Shown here in pieces: positions 8,805-18,618 of a DNA stretch of 50,703 nt (its first letter is position 1; every line of letters starts with the position of its first letter). Location: the IMG/VR virus record IMGVR_UViG_3300043399_001247, positions 1 through 50,703 of that record. One strand, given 5' to 3'. The position numbers were made by a program, and so were the translations under genes. This stretch comes from a virus (lineage: Duplodnaviria; Caudoviricetes). The notes under the pieces are model-generated. The model ran no database searches. It was not told the DNA's origin and was given only the letters and a program-made list of their open reading frames with translations.

Positions 8805-9140
8805 ATGCCCAAAGTTTACGCCCCACAGGTGCCTTCGAAGTACGACCCCGCCACGCGGCTGTGGGTTCCTTCGATCAACCTCGACCCCGCCAAGCAGTTC
8901 GGCGACCTTGTCGTCATGCTGCCCCCGAACGCCAACCGGCTCCACATCAACCCGCTCGTCGTCGCGTTGCGCGAACAGATGAAGGACTTCGGCCCCGAGG
9001 ACCACGTTGTGGCCGTGGGCGACCCGTCGCTGATCGCGGTGGCCGCGTGCATCGCCGCCAAGAAGACCGGCGGCATCTTGCGCATCCTGAAGTGGGACCG
9101 GCAAAGCAGCTCGTACATCTCCGTGGAGGCGCAGGTATGA
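8805..9140 (+). CDS. Hypothetical protein
   Basis: AGGAG SD; start MPKVYAP; coupled to next gene. Confidence 0.7.
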   Translation: MPKVYAPQVPSKYDPATRLWVPSINLDPAKQFGDLVVMLPPNANRLHINPLVVALREQMKDFGPEDHVVAVGDPSLIAVAACIAAKKTGGILRILKWDRQSSSYISVEAQV

Positions 9141-9682
9141 TCGATTTCGAAGCAGACGCCGCAGGGCAGCAAGAGCCCGCAACGCTGGAGCGGGCGGTGA
9201 AGATGGCTGAGCTGTTGGTGCAGTTGCGCGGCAACGTGGACACCTTGGAAAAGCAGCTCGCCGTCGCCAAGGCTGACGTGCGGCGCGTGGAGCAGGAAGA
9301 TCTTCCTGAGCTGATGGCCGAGCTGGGCCTGGAGACCTTCCGGCTCAAGTCGGGCGAGCTGATCGAGGTGAAGCAGGAAGTGAACTGCGCCATCACCGAA
9401 GAAAAGCGCGCCGCCGCGCACGCGTGGCTCACCGAGCACGGGTTCGGCGGCCTGATCAAGACAGAGGTCGTCGTCACGTTCGGTCGTGGCGAGCACACCG
9501 AGGCTGAAGAATTCGTGCATGAAGTTGAAGAGCAAGGCAAGGCTCCGATTCTGCAGGAGCGTGTGCACCCCAGCACGCTCAAGAGCTTCATCAAGGAACA
9601 GATGGCCGCTGGGAAGCCTGTGCCGTTCGACCTGTTCGGCGTGTTCCCCTACAACAAGGTTCAGATCTCGCTCAAAAAGTGA
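9137..9682 (+). CDS. Conserved phage replication-module protein
   Basis: LPELMAELG, AHAWL..HGFGGLIK, VHPSTLKSF: family usually found upstream of phage SSB-like genes. Confidence 0.7.
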   Translation: MIDFEADAAGQQEPATLERAVKMAELLVQLRGNVDTLEKQLAVAKADVRRVEQEDLPELMAELGLETFRLKSGELIEVKQEVNCAITEEKRAAAHAWLTEHGFGGLIKTEVVVTFGRGEHTEAEEFVHEVEEQGKAPILQERVHPSTLKSFIKEQMAAGKPVPFDLFGVFPYNKVQISLKK

Positions 9683-9743
9683 GCGGAACGCTCTGCCGCG
9701 CGGCGTTTTCTGTGCGCGGCAAATTGACTAGAAAGTGTGAATC

Positions 9744-10577
9744 ATGAGCGAGAAAGAAGTAGCCGTGGTTGAAGAGAAGACCACCGCGCTGGCCCCCAGC
9801 GGGCTGATGGACTTTGCCGCCGACGCGGGCGCGGGCATGGAAGGTGCCGGGCAGGAATCGTTCGCGATCCCGTTCCTGAGCGTGCTGCAAAAGGGCTCGC
9901 CGCAGGTGGACGAAGCCTCTGGCGCGGCGATCGAAGGTGCCAAGGCGGGCATGCTGTTCGAAAACGTCACCGGGCGCATGTTCCCGGGCAAAGAGGGCGT
10001 GCTGATCGTGCCGTGCTCCTATCGCCGCGAGTTCCTGCGCTGGGGTGCCCGCGACAACGGCGGCGGCTTCAAGGGCGCGTTCACCGCTGAGGAAGTGGCC
10101 GAGATGCGCAACAAGGGGCAGATCGTTGAGTTGGAAGGCAAGCTCTACGCCCCCGAGCCGGACGGCTCCGTCAACGAAAAGAAGAGCGACCGCTTCAACG
10201 ACACGCGCAACCACTACGTGCTGATCCTGGACGAGAAGACGGGCGCTTGGGCCGAGGCGCTGCTCTCGCTCACCAGCACCCAGATCAAGAAGTCCAAGGC
10301 GCTCATGTCCGCGCTCGCCGCTGTGAAGCTCAAGAACGCGGCGGGCCAGATGTTCACGCCGCCGACTTTCGCCAACGTTGTGCGCGTGACGACCACGCCT
10401 GAGTCGAACGACAAGGGCACTTGGTTCGGCGTCAAGTTCGAGCTCGCCGGTCAGGTCGACCGCACCGAGGTCTATGCGGCCGCCAAGGCGTTCCACGCCA
10501 ACATCGCCAAAGGCGGCGTCCAAGTGAAGTACGAGGACAACGTCGACGACGCCCCCACCGAAGCCGCCGGTTTCTGA
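9744..10577 (+). CDS. Putative single-stranded DNA-binding protein
   Basis: IPFLSVLQKGSPQ, ESNDKGTWF; acidic C-terminal tail ending in Phe; replication context. Confidence 0.6.
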   Translation: MSEKEVAVVEEKTTALAPSGLMDFAADAGAGMEGAGQESFAIPFLSVLQKGSPQVDEASGAAIEGAKAGMLFENVTGRMFPGKEGVLIVPCSYRREFLRWGARDNGGGFKGAFTAEEVAEMRNKGQIVELEGKLYAPEPDGSVNEKKSDRFNDTRNHYVLILDEKTGAWAEALLSLTSTQIKKSKALMSALAAVKLKNAAGQMFTPPTFANVVRVTTTPESNDKGTWFGVKFELAGQVDRTEVYAAAKAFHANIAKGGVQVKYEDNVDDAPTEAAGF

Positions 10578-10679
10578 CGCGGTTGCCGGGGCGCGAGGGT
10601 TTTCCCTGAGCGCCCCGGCTCAGATCCAGGCATAATAGCCTCACCGCACATTTGCGGCATAACTTAGAAAGGAACAATC

Positions 10680-11438
10680 ATGACCGAATCAACACGCGAA
10701 CGCATCCGTTGGAACGCCGCAGAGCGGGACGCCGTGATGGCCGAGATCACTCGCCTCGTCGCAGGCGGCGCGCAGGGCTGGTCCACGCAATTCCTGCTGT
10801 CCACAGCCCAAGAGGTGCTGCCAATGCACCGCCGCCGCATCATGCAAGGGGCCGCCGTCACCAACTTGAAGCCGCTAGTGCAAGCGGCTCGGGAGGCGGC
10901 CAAGAACCAACCGAAGCCTCAACCCCAGGCAACCCCTCAGCCAGAGGCTGCCGCGCCCAACCCGGCCACGCCTATTGAAGCCCTGATGGCAGAGATCGTC
11001 GACCGGGTGGCCGAGCGGGTGGCCAACTTGGTTCTCGACCGGATTGCGGACGTGCTGGCGCCGCCGGTTCAGTTCACGCCGGAGCTCGCGGCTGAGCAGG
11101 CTTGCTTGACCTGGAAGGCCGCGACGGAGCGCGCCCGGCGGCCCGGGGTGCTGATTGTCGGCTTGCTCGGGGCGCAACGCACGACCGTGAAGTCGCTGTT
11201 CCCGCATCTGGACATAACGACCCTCACGGCGGACGAAGCTGTTTCTCGCCCCGCCATCCGCCGTGCGCACACCGTCTTGATGACCAAGTTCATAAACCAC
11301 TCGGTGCAAGAAAAATACCGCAAGGCCGACAATCTGTTGTATTGCAACGGCGGCGTCACCGACCTGATCGCCACGCTCAACACGATCGCCGCCCAACCCG
11401 CCACTCAGAAGAACGACCATGCAGCACTGGATCATTGA
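10680..11438 (+). CDS. Hypothetical protein
   Basis: AAAGGA SD, 252-aa ORF. Confidence 0.65.
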   Translation: MTESTRERIRWNAAERDAVMAEITRLVAGGAQGWSTQFLLSTAQEVLPMHRRRIMQGAAVTNLKPLVQAAREAAKNQPKPQPQATPQPEAAAPNPATPIEALMAEIVDRVAERVANLVLDRIADVLAPPVQFTPELAAEQACLTWKAATERARRPGVLIVGLLGAQRTTVKSLFPHLDITTLTADEAVSRPAIRRAHTVLMTKFINHSVQEKYRKADNLLYCNGGVTDLIATLNTIAAQPATQKNDHAALDH

Positions 11439-11613
11439 GCTTTTCCGCAAGCCGAGCGCCGAGGTCTTGGCGCAGCGGGAGCTGGAAGACGCGCAACGCA
11501 ACTTGCTGGAATGCCAGCGGATGCGCGATTACTACGAAAATATGGTCAACTTCAACTCTGTCCGGATCAAGCAAACCCGCGCCATGCTGCGCGGCTGTGC
11601 CGACAAGCAATGA
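11419..11613 (+). CDS. Hypothetical protein
   Basis: Coupled small ORF. Confidence 0.55.
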   Translation: MQHWIIELFRKPSAEVLAQRELEDAQRNLLECQRMRDYYENMVNFNSVRIKQTRAMLRGCADKQ

Positions 11614-11816
11614 CCGACCAAATTCGCCCCTCCGACGACCGCGCCGCGATGGTGGACAGCGGGTATTTCTGGCGCAAGATCGACGCGAGCACGCCGACAG
11701 GGGTGAAGATCCAACTCGTCAACCGCGCCGCCGGAGTGGCCGTCTATGGCACGCTCGGCGGCCGCGAGCGCTTTTTCACGCACTGGGCTCCGCTGCCCAA
11801 GTTCCCCGAAGAGTGA
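11610..11816 (+). CDS. Hypothetical protein (DUF551-like end, THWAPLP)
   Basis: ATGA overlap; WRKI..TP and THWAPLP motifs. Confidence 0.6.
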   Translation: MTDQIRPSDDRAAMVDSGYFWRKIDASTPTGVKIQLVNRAAGVAVYGTLGGRERFFTHWAPLPKFPEE

Positions 11817-12217
11817 TGTACCACAAGCACGTCAAGAAGAGCGTCGCGCTCAACCCGGTCGCGCGGGCCGTGGCGCGCAAGGCGCTGCAAGAAGCGATCA
11901 CAACGCGCAAGATCGAGCTTTACATGATGAGCGCGGGCGATCCCTGCGAGGACGTGTGTGCGCGCATCGGGTTCACGCTCTCCGTGATCGCGGCAGCCGC
12001 GCAGCGAGATCCCAAGGTCGGCGAAGACGACCCCCGGGTGCGGATCTTGCGCGGGGCGATTTCGGCTTGCGTGCAGATGGCCGACGCGGACAAATACGAA
12101 ACCACCAACACCGTGGCGCTGGACCGGGCGCTGGACTTGGCCGTCGAGCTCAACGGGGTCGTCGATCCAGCGCTGATGAACCAGGTGTTCAACGAGTTCA
12201 CTCGAGCTGGCGCCTGA
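11816..12217 (+). CDS. Hypothetical protein
   Basis: TGATG coupling; start MYHKH. Confidence 0.6.
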   Translation: MYHKHVKKSVALNPVARAVARKALQEAITTRKIELYMMSAGDPCEDVCARIGFTLSVIAAAAQRDPKVGEDDPRVRILRGAISACVQMADADKYETTNTVALDRALDLAVELNGVVDPALMNQVFNEFTRAGA

Positions 12218-12414
12218 TGCCGTGGGCTTACATCCTCAGCCTTTTGGGCCCCGGCATGCATTGGGGCCGCACGCAAGAAGAGTTGCTCGCGGCGATTGAC
12301 CGCGCTCGCCGCGAAGGGCAACCCGCAGCCGCAGAACACATCGAGATAATGCTCGACTTGCGCAATGTCGTGCGCATGGACAAGCCTCTCAAGAAAGAAG
12401 CCCCGGAAGCGTGA
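12217..12414 (+). CDS. Hypothetical protein
   Basis: TGATG coupling; last gene of the + arm. Confidence 0.5.
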   Translation: MPWAYILSLLGPGMHWGRTQEELLAAIDRARREGQPAAAEHIEIMLDLRNVVRMDKPLKKEAPEA

Positions 12415-12425
12415 GCCTCCGGGGC
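12391..12425 (-). terminator. Rho-independent terminator of the late operon at the convergence point
   Basis: Minus strand GCCCCGGAGGC-UCAC-GCUUCCGGGGC followed by UUCUUUCUU. Confidence 0.7.
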
Positions 12426-12455
12426 AAAGCGGTGGTGGTCACCGAGGAGAATCGG

Positions 12456-14465
12456 TTACCTTTGGGGTTGCTGCGGCTCTTCTTCTAGCTCCTTCAACCC
12501 GGGAGCGCTGGGTGCCAGGCGGCGGATGGTTGCGTCCACATCCTCCTCTTCTTCGACGCTGGGAGCGGGCGCGCCAGATTCCGGCTGCGGCCACAAGCTG
12601 GTGGTGATGCCGGTGGTGGCGCCCGCTTCCGCCGCACCCGCGCGCAGCGCCTTGGGGGCCAAGTCGGCGGTGCGTTGTTCGAGCATGCGCACAACAGTGG
12701 CGACCTCGCCCGGGTCGCTGGACATCAGCATGTCGGCCAGACGGTCGGCCGTCTCGTCGTTGATCTTGCTGGCCCGCACGAACCGCGAGACCATGGAGAG
12801 CAACGACCCCTTGAAGCCGCCGGTGAGGCCGCTGGCGACGGCTTCGCCCACGCCGCTGTCTTCGTCGAGCGTTTGTTGGATCTGCAAAGTCTTGGCCGTG
12901 CTGGAGCCGCGCAAGATTTCTTGTGCTTCGCGGACGAGTTGCGCTTCTCGCTCCAGCGCAGAGCGGAAGAGCTTGAACTGCGCGGGGCTGTCGAAGAGGG
13001 GTTGCAACTTGGCGATCATCTCCGGCGACCCCACCAAGCGCTGCGCCGCATTGATGTTGTTGGTCGGGCCCATCACGCGCGAATAAATGTCGCGCGCCAC
13101 GCCCGTGCGGAACGCGTCTTTTTCCGCCGGGGTCATCTTGGCGACCATCTTGATGACCTGCTCGTGGTCGAGCTTGCCGAAGTCGTTCATGCCCGCGCGC
13201 AGGGCGTCGATCACCTCGATGTCGCCTGCGTAGGTTTGCCGCGCGGCCTGGTAGGCTGGGACATTCTCGTCGATCGCGTTCACGAACTCACGGCGCAAGT
13301 CGCGCAGCGCGGCGGCGTCGGGGATGCGCATGCCTTTGCCGTCGAAGCCGGAGCGGATGGTTTGGTCGATGCCGCGCTTGATGTAATCCAGCGTGCGCAC
13401 GTCCGGCAGCCGCACCAACTCGAGAATCTCGTTGCCCGCCTCGTCCATGCGGCCGGAGGGCTTGTAGATCTCGGGGAGGTCGAAGCGCTTGGTGTCCTCG
13501 CCCCGGAGCTTTGCGGCGAGCTTTTCTGTTTCAGCGATCTCGCGCGCCTTGCGGAAGAAGCCCTGGAACTCGGGGTGTTGCAGCACGGTCGCGATGCGCG
13601 GATCGTCCACATCGCCGAACGCATAGGCGTCGTCGTAGAGTGTGCGAGCGTTCTCGCGCAGCTCCTTGACCAAGGCCTCCTCGTCGTTGTAGAAGTCGCC
13701 CGCGCGCAGGTCGGTCTTGGCCCGTTGATACACGCGCTCGCGAGACCCAGCGCCTTGTTCGCCGATCTTCTTCTCGATCTTGCGCGCGCCGCGTCCGGTG
13801 CGTTGCGCCACCCCACGAGCCAGGTCCACGAGCATGGGGTCCACGTTGGCCGCGACAGAAGGCACGCCCATGGCCCGATCGCGCGCCGTGGCAGCAGCGA
13901 TGTCTTGCGGCTTCATGTCGGCCTCGGCCAAGGCGCGGTTGAGCTTGTCCGCTGCGCGCTCGCCCGCTCGCCCGGCTGTCGGGGCCAACTTGTCGCGCAA
14001 CCACTGAGCGCCCGCCGTACCAGCGCGGATCGCTGCCGGGGTAGCTACCCCCACCCCGCCGCCAATAATCGCGCCGCTGGTCGCTCCGCTCAGACGGCGG
14101 CCCTCCTCCGCACTGCCCGCGCCGCTGACGGCACCGGTCGCCGCGCCCAACGCGCCCATGCGTGCGAGAGCGCTCGCCGTGCTGCGGCCCAACTGCGCGG
14201 CCCCTGCGGCCTGACCGCCCGGCACCAACATCATTGCTACGCCCGGGATCATGCCGCCCGCCAGCTCAGACGCGCCTGCGGTGAAAGGGTTCTCTTCAGC
14301 GAACGCGCCCTGCTCTTGGCGAATTTGCTTGACGAGCGCGTCATATTCGCCTTGACCGAGCTTGGAGCGGAGCCAAGCTTCAGCCTCGTCGCCCCAGCCC
14401 ATGCCGAGGCCTTGCCCGAGCACGGCGCGAGTGACGCCCCGGCCGAAGTTGGGTTTGGTCGCCAT
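12456..14465 (-). CDS. Putative internal virion/DNA ejection protein
   Basis: 669 aa, Gly/Ala-rich N-terminus (GQGLGMGWGDEAEA) then helical; last gene of the late arm. Confidence 0.6.
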   Translation of the reverse strand: MATKPNFGRGVTRAVLGQGLGMGWGDEAEAWLRSKLGQGEYDALVKQIRQEQGAFAEENPFTAGASELAGGMIPGVAMMLVPGGQAAGAAQLGRSTASALARMGALGAATGAVSGAGSAEEGRRLSGATSGAIIGGGVGVATPAAIRAGTAGAQWLRDKLAPTAGRAGERAADKLNRALAEADMKPQDIAAATARDRAMGVPSVAANVDPMLVDLARGVAQRTGRGARKIEKKIGEQGAGSRERVYQRAKTDLRAGDFYNDEEALVKELRENARTLYDDAYAFGDVDDPRIATVLQHPEFQGFFRKAREIAETEKLAAKLRGEDTKRFDLPEIYKPSGRMDEAGNEILELVRLPDVRTLDYIKRGIDQTIRSGFDGKGMRIPDAAALRDLRREFVNAIDENVPAYQAARQTYAGDIEVIDALRAGMNDFGKLDHEQVIKMVAKMTPAEKDAFRTGVARDIYSRVMGPTNNINAAQRLVGSPEMIAKLQPLFDSPAQFKLFRSALEREAQLVREAQEILRGSSTAKTLQIQQTLDEDSGVGEAVASGLTGGFKGSLLSMVSRFVRASKINDETADRLADMLMSSDPGEVATVVRMLEQRTADLAPKALRAGAAEAGATTGITTSLWPQPESGAPAPSVEEEEDVDATIRRLAPSAPGLKELEEEPQQPQR

Positions 14466-16018
14466 TATTCAGCCGCTCCTGCGTTGGGGTCCACGTCGCG
14501 GTAGAGGCCGCGATTGATTTCGTTGAGGCGCTTGGTCTGGCGGGCCTGAGCGCGCTTGAGCGCGTTGTAGGCGTTCTTGATGATGATGCCGCGCTCCTTG
14601 ACGCTGGCGGCGTCGAGGCCTTGCAGCGCTTCCAGCGCCTTGCGCTCGTCGTTGGAGATTGCGCCGGGGAAGGTGTCCTTGAGCTTGGCGAGGGCCTGCG
14701 AGCGGAGCAGGTTTTCCATCGTCCTCGTGGCCACCACCTTGGGGTTGTCGCCCTGGGTCTTCTCGAGCAGCGTGCGCTGAGCCCGGTCGGTGAGTGTGTT
14801 GTCGAAGGTTTGCGGATTGAGCTTGAAGGCCTGGTCCAGCGCTTGCATCGCGGAGCTGGTGGCGCTCAGGGCATCTTCGGTGTCGGTCTTGAGCTTCACT
14901 TCTGCAGGGGTGAGCCGCGCGGCTTGTTGCTCGGCGAGGTCGGTGCGGCGACCGGCCAGGGCTACTTGCGCCTGCGCCACGCCCATCTGAGCGATCATCG
15001 ACTGGATCTGCGTGTTCAGCCGCTCGACGTTTTGGTCGGCGATCTCTTTCACGCGCTTTTGAAACTCGGGGGTGCCGCGCTTGAGGCCTTCGTCGGCGGC
15101 TTGCTTGCCCGCCGTGCTGTCGGCTTCGCCGCTCTTCACGTAGGATTCGATCACCTTGGAGGTCAGTGCGCGAGCGTCCTTCATCTCCTCGCCCGCCAGG
15201 GTGCGCAGCGTGGTGAGGTCTTCCTTGGCGGAGTCGGCGCGCGCCTTGGCCCCCGTGATGGCCAACTGAAGCTTGGCGGCCTTGTCGGCCTTGGCCCCTT
15301 CGCGCTCGGCCTTGGCGACATCGGCCATTTCCTTGCCCGCCAGCGCCAGGTTCTCGGTGAACGCGCCAGTCTTGGTCGGCGAGCCGAACGCTGCGGCCAG
15401 CCGGAAGTAGGTCTCTGCCTTGCTCGGCTTGTTGGAGGTGTCCTCGCTCAGGGCGCGCTCCAAGAGCTTGTTGAAGGCGTCGGTTTCTTTGCTGGCGCGG
15501 GCGCGGGCCGCCTTCAACTCGTCGGCGTAGACCGACTGCTTGGGGGCGTAGCGCGCCAACATCGCCGCCAACTCGGCTGGCATGCCGCCTTCTACCGCTG
15601 CAGCCGCGCGGCCCGCGCCGCCCAAAGCCGTTGCGGGCGCTTCCGTGAGGCCAGCGGGCGCGGCTTCAGCGCGCCGGGGCATCGGTCGGCCGACCATCGG
15701 GCCGAACAGCGCCGCGTCGTCATTCACGCCGTAGGACCCGGAGCCCAACGCGCCGGGCGGATAACCGATCGGGAAAGGCCGCGCATTGGCGGCGATCGGC
15801 GAAGGCAGCTCTGGCGCGGCTTCTTCCATCGGCATCGCGCCGCGCGAGCTGGTCGGGATCGACGGCATCGTCGGAAGCTCAACCGGCTGCAGCTGTCGCT
15901 GCGGCATCACGCTGCCGGATACCGCAGGGACGTAGCCGCCGGATTCAGCGATGCTAGGCAAATTGGCCGGGTTGGCCAAGCCGTAATTCGCCGCCAAGGT
16001 GTTGAGGTCGTTTGCCAT
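14465..16018 (-). CDS. Putative DNA ejection protein
   Basis: 517 aa, coiled-coil; C-terminal FPGAISNDE motif typical of podophage injection proteins. Confidence 0.6.
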   Translation of the reverse strand: MANDLNTLAANYGLANPANLPSIAESGGYVPAVSGSVMPQRQLQPVELPTMPSIPTSSRGAMPMEEAAPELPSPIAANARPFPIGYPPGALGSGSYGVNDDAALFGPMVGRPMPRRAEAAPAGLTEAPATALGGAGRAAAAVEGGMPAELAAMLARYAPKQSVYADELKAARARASKETDAFNKLLERALSEDTSNKPSKAETYFRLAAAFGSPTKTGAFTENLALAGKEMADVAKAEREGAKADKAAKLQLAITGAKARADSAKEDLTTLRTLAGEEMKDARALTSKVIESYVKSGEADSTAGKQAADEGLKRGTPEFQKRVKEIADQNVERLNTQIQSMIAQMGVAQAQVALAGRRTDLAEQQAARLTPAEVKLKTDTEDALSATSSAMQALDQAFKLNPQTFDNTLTDRAQRTLLEKTQGDNPKVVATRTMENLLRSQALAKLKDTFPGAISNDERKALEALQGLDAASVKERGIIIKNAYNALKRAQARQTKRLNEINRGLYRDVDPNAGAAE

Positions 16019-16045
16019 CGGTCTGGTGTTCCTGTTAACCTTGGA

Positions 16046-17413
16046 TCAGGCCTGCTTCAGCCGGGGCTCGGCGGTCTTTGAGCCGAGCCACTTGCACAGC
16101 GGCAATCCAACCGCCATCATCGCGCGACCCACCAGCGAAGGCGCGGCCGCGACGCCCATGCTGCGGGCCATCTCGCGCGACCAAGGCGTGGCAACAATGT
16201 GCGCGAGCTTCGTGACTGCGCGGCCGAACAGATCTTCGCGGCGCATCCAGCGGACAACGTGTCGTGCCCACCGAGCGTAGCCTGCGTAGGTTTCCGGGTG
16301 CAACCGAACGAGGATCTCGCCGAACGCTTGGTCGGCGGCGAAGATTTCCTCGGGCATCAAACCTTGCCGGTGCAACTCGGTGCAAATCATCTTGCTGCCG
16401 CCGTCGCCGCCGCCCCCGTCGCCGCTCGGAGCGACGTTCTCGCCATACGACCCATAGCCGCCGTCGATCGCGCCAGGCGCAGGAGCGCCGCCGGGTGCAG
16501 CGTTTTCGCCGTAGGAGCCGAAGCCGCCGGAGTCGTATCCGATGTTGCTTGCGCCGCTGCCGAGAGAGGCGTTGTATTCAGCGGCAGCTTGTTGCGCGGC
16601 TTGTGCGTTGCTGATCGTCGGCACAGCGTCTTCAACCGGCGCGGCGGCTTGCTGCCCGATCAAGTTCGCCACCAAGCCGTTCGTCAGTGACAGATTGGCC
16701 GCATTGGGCGTGACGTTCGCGGGCAACCCGGTCGGAGTCAGCAAGTTGCCGAAGTGATCGTATTGCGCCATGTAGTTGGCGAGCAGGTTGCCGTTGGCGA
16801 CGTCTTTGGCCAACTGAACGTCCTCCGGCACCAGCGCATTCTGGATCATTCCGGGGATGGTGTAGCCGAAGATGTTTTGGCCTAATTGCGTGATCGCGGC
16901 CATCGTCGGGTGCATGGAGTAGTATTGCGCCTGCTCCAGCGGGCTCATGTTGCCCCAGGCCGCAGCAGCGTCGTCTGCGGGACCGGATGTTGGCCCTTCA
17001 ATGTAGCTCGAGGCCGCGCCGCCAGCAGCGGGCCGCAACGCAGCGAGCGGCGCGGTTGCAGCGGGCACGGCGGGAGCAGGAGTGGCTGGCGCGGCGTTGG
17101 AATAAGTCGGCTCTTGCAGCGCCGTCAATGGGGAGGGGGCTTGCGGTGTCGGGGCCGTCGGGGCATAACCCGGCGCAGGAGCCGCGCCCGGCATGCCAGG
17201 AGCGGGCGCGCCCATCGGCCGCAGCGCAGCGAACTGCGGCATGGCGTAATACGGGTTGACGCTGTTGATCTGATTCAAGAAGTCTTGCTTGTACTTCTTG
17301 TACAACTCCTGATCCGCGCCGTAACCTTCCGTGCCGGGGGCCGCGCCGGTGTAAGAAATCGCGGGCGAGCGCACGCCGTACATTTGCATCAATCGGTCGA
17401 GTTCGTATCCCAT
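16046..17413 (-). CDS. Putative virion protein, low complexity, with C-terminal KMICTEL domain
   Basis: Pro/Ala/Gly-rich body; GGDGGSKMICTELHRQG...GYARWA terminal domain. Confidence 0.6.
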   Translation of the reverse strand: MGYELDRLMQMYGVRSPAISYTGAAPGTEGYGADQELYKKYKQDFLNQINSVNPYYAMPQFAALRPMGAPAPGMPGAAPAPGYAPTAPTPQAPSPLTALQEPTYSNAAPATPAPAVPAATAPLAALRPAAGGAASSYIEGPTSGPADDAAAAWGNMSPLEQAQYYSMHPTMAAITQLGQNIFGYTIPGMIQNALVPEDVQLAKDVANGNLLANYMAQYDHFGNLLTPTGLPANVTPNAANLSLTNGLVANLIGQQAAAPVEDAVPTISNAQAAQQAAAEYNASLGSGASNIGYDSGGFGSYGENAAPGGAPAPGAIDGGYGSYGENVAPSGDGGGGDGGSKMICTELHRQGLMPEEIFAADQAFGEILVRLHPETYAGYARWARHVVRWMRREDLFGRAVTKLAHIVATPWSREMARSMGVAAAPSLVGRAMMAVGLPLCKWLGSKTAEPRLKQA

Positions 17414-17425
17414 GGCTGCGGTTCC

Positions 17426-18616
17426 TTAGCCCGTGAGGCCTTTGTAAGTGTACAACCCCGCAGCCAACTGGCTCAGCGGCGAAGGCGAATACGTCGCTCC
17501 CGTTGTCGAGCCGGACTGCGTGGTGACTGTTGGGGTGATCGGCGCCATGCCGCGCACCTGAGTGCTGAGCCAGTCGAGCTGGCGCTGCGGATAGAGCATC
17601 TGGTCTTGGTATTGGCTGTACGCGGCGTCGAGTTGCCTTTGCAGCTGCGACTGTTCGCCGATGCCGGCAGATTCCAACGCCGCCACGTCGGCCGTGCGCA
17701 TCTGTTGCCCCTGCAGCTGCAAGTTGGCCAGTTGTTGCAACGCGCCGAGTTGACGGTTGATGTCGCCCGCTTGAGCGCCTTGCATCGCGGTCGCCGCGCC
17801 CAACCCGAGCTGTTGCTGTTGCTGCCCGGCCTGCGTGAGCGCGGTGCCCAGCGAGCCGAGCCCGGACATCTCCTGCCCGGCCAAGGAGCCTGCCGAAGCG
17901 CCCAGTTGCGCCTGGCGGCTGAGGTCGGTTTGCGCCGCACCCAGGGCTTGTCCGTAGCCTTGCTGGAGCGCTTGCGCCTGCTGACCGAGGATCGACTCTT
18001 GCGTGTCGCGCAGCGCGCGCGAACCGAACTCTCCCATGCGGCCCGAACCGAACTGCCCTGCGCGGATGAACTGGTCACTCACGGCGGGGAGCAGGTTTTC
18101 GCTCAGGTTGCGGGTGCCCAGTTGCGCGATGCGGTTGGTGACGGCTTCGTTGTACGGGTTCATGTACCCGCCCACCGTGTCGGCGGCAGAACGGCTGGCG
18201 GCGGCCATGTAAGGCTGCGCCGCGCCCGTGACGCTGATGTCGCCCGCGCGGCCGTAGAGGCCTTGACCGCTGGCGAGGTTGCCTGCAGCCAGCTCGGGCT
18301 GGAGATAAGCCCCCTGCGCCGCGCCCAGCGCGCCCGCAGTGCCCTGCTCGCTGAGGCTTTGCGTGCCCAGATTCGCCAGGTTCATCGCGGGCTGGAACGC
18401 GCCTTGGTTTTGTTGCACCTGCTGGTAGGCTTGCTGCTGCAGCGGCGAGAACTCCGCGACGCGGGGCATGGAGTACGCCTGGTAGGGCGCGTTGGCGACG
18501 CCCGTGGCCAGCTGGATCTGGTTGTAGATCGCGTCCTGCATCCACTTGGGGGTCTCGGTGGAGCTGGTCGTGTAGCTGGTGGCCGTTTGCGGCGTGCCTT
18601 GGAAGAGGCTTCCCAT
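17426..18616 (-). CDS. Putative DNA transfer/pilot protein
   Basis: Gln/Ala/Gly-rich; YMNPY and AGQFGSGR motifs typical of podophage ejection proteins. Confidence 0.65.
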   Translation of the reverse strand: MGSLFQGTPQTATSYTTSSTETPKWMQDAIYNQIQLATGVANAPYQAYSMPRVAEFSPLQQQAYQQVQQNQGAFQPAMNLANLGTQSLSEQGTAGALGAAQGAYLQPELAAGNLASGQGLYGRAGDISVTGAAQPYMAAASRSAADTVGGYMNPYNEAVTNRIAQLGTRNLSENLLPAVSDQFIRAGQFGSGRMGEFGSRALRDTQESILGQQAQALQQGYGQALGAAQTDLSRQAQLGASAGSLAGQEMSGLGSLGTALTQAGQQQQQLGLGAATAMQGAQAGDINRQLGALQQLANLQLQGQQMRTADVAALESAGIGEQSQLQRQLDAAYSQYQDQMLYPQRQLDWLSTQVRGMAPITPTVTTQSGSTTGATYSPSPLSQLAAGLYTYKGLTG

Positions 18617-18618
18617 GA

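Noticed and set aside
10585-10636. GC-rich hairpin after the SSB-like gene plus CATAAT (and GATAAT at 8765)
   Set aside because: No U-tract and no -35 at 17-nt spacing, so neither terminator nor promoter could be called
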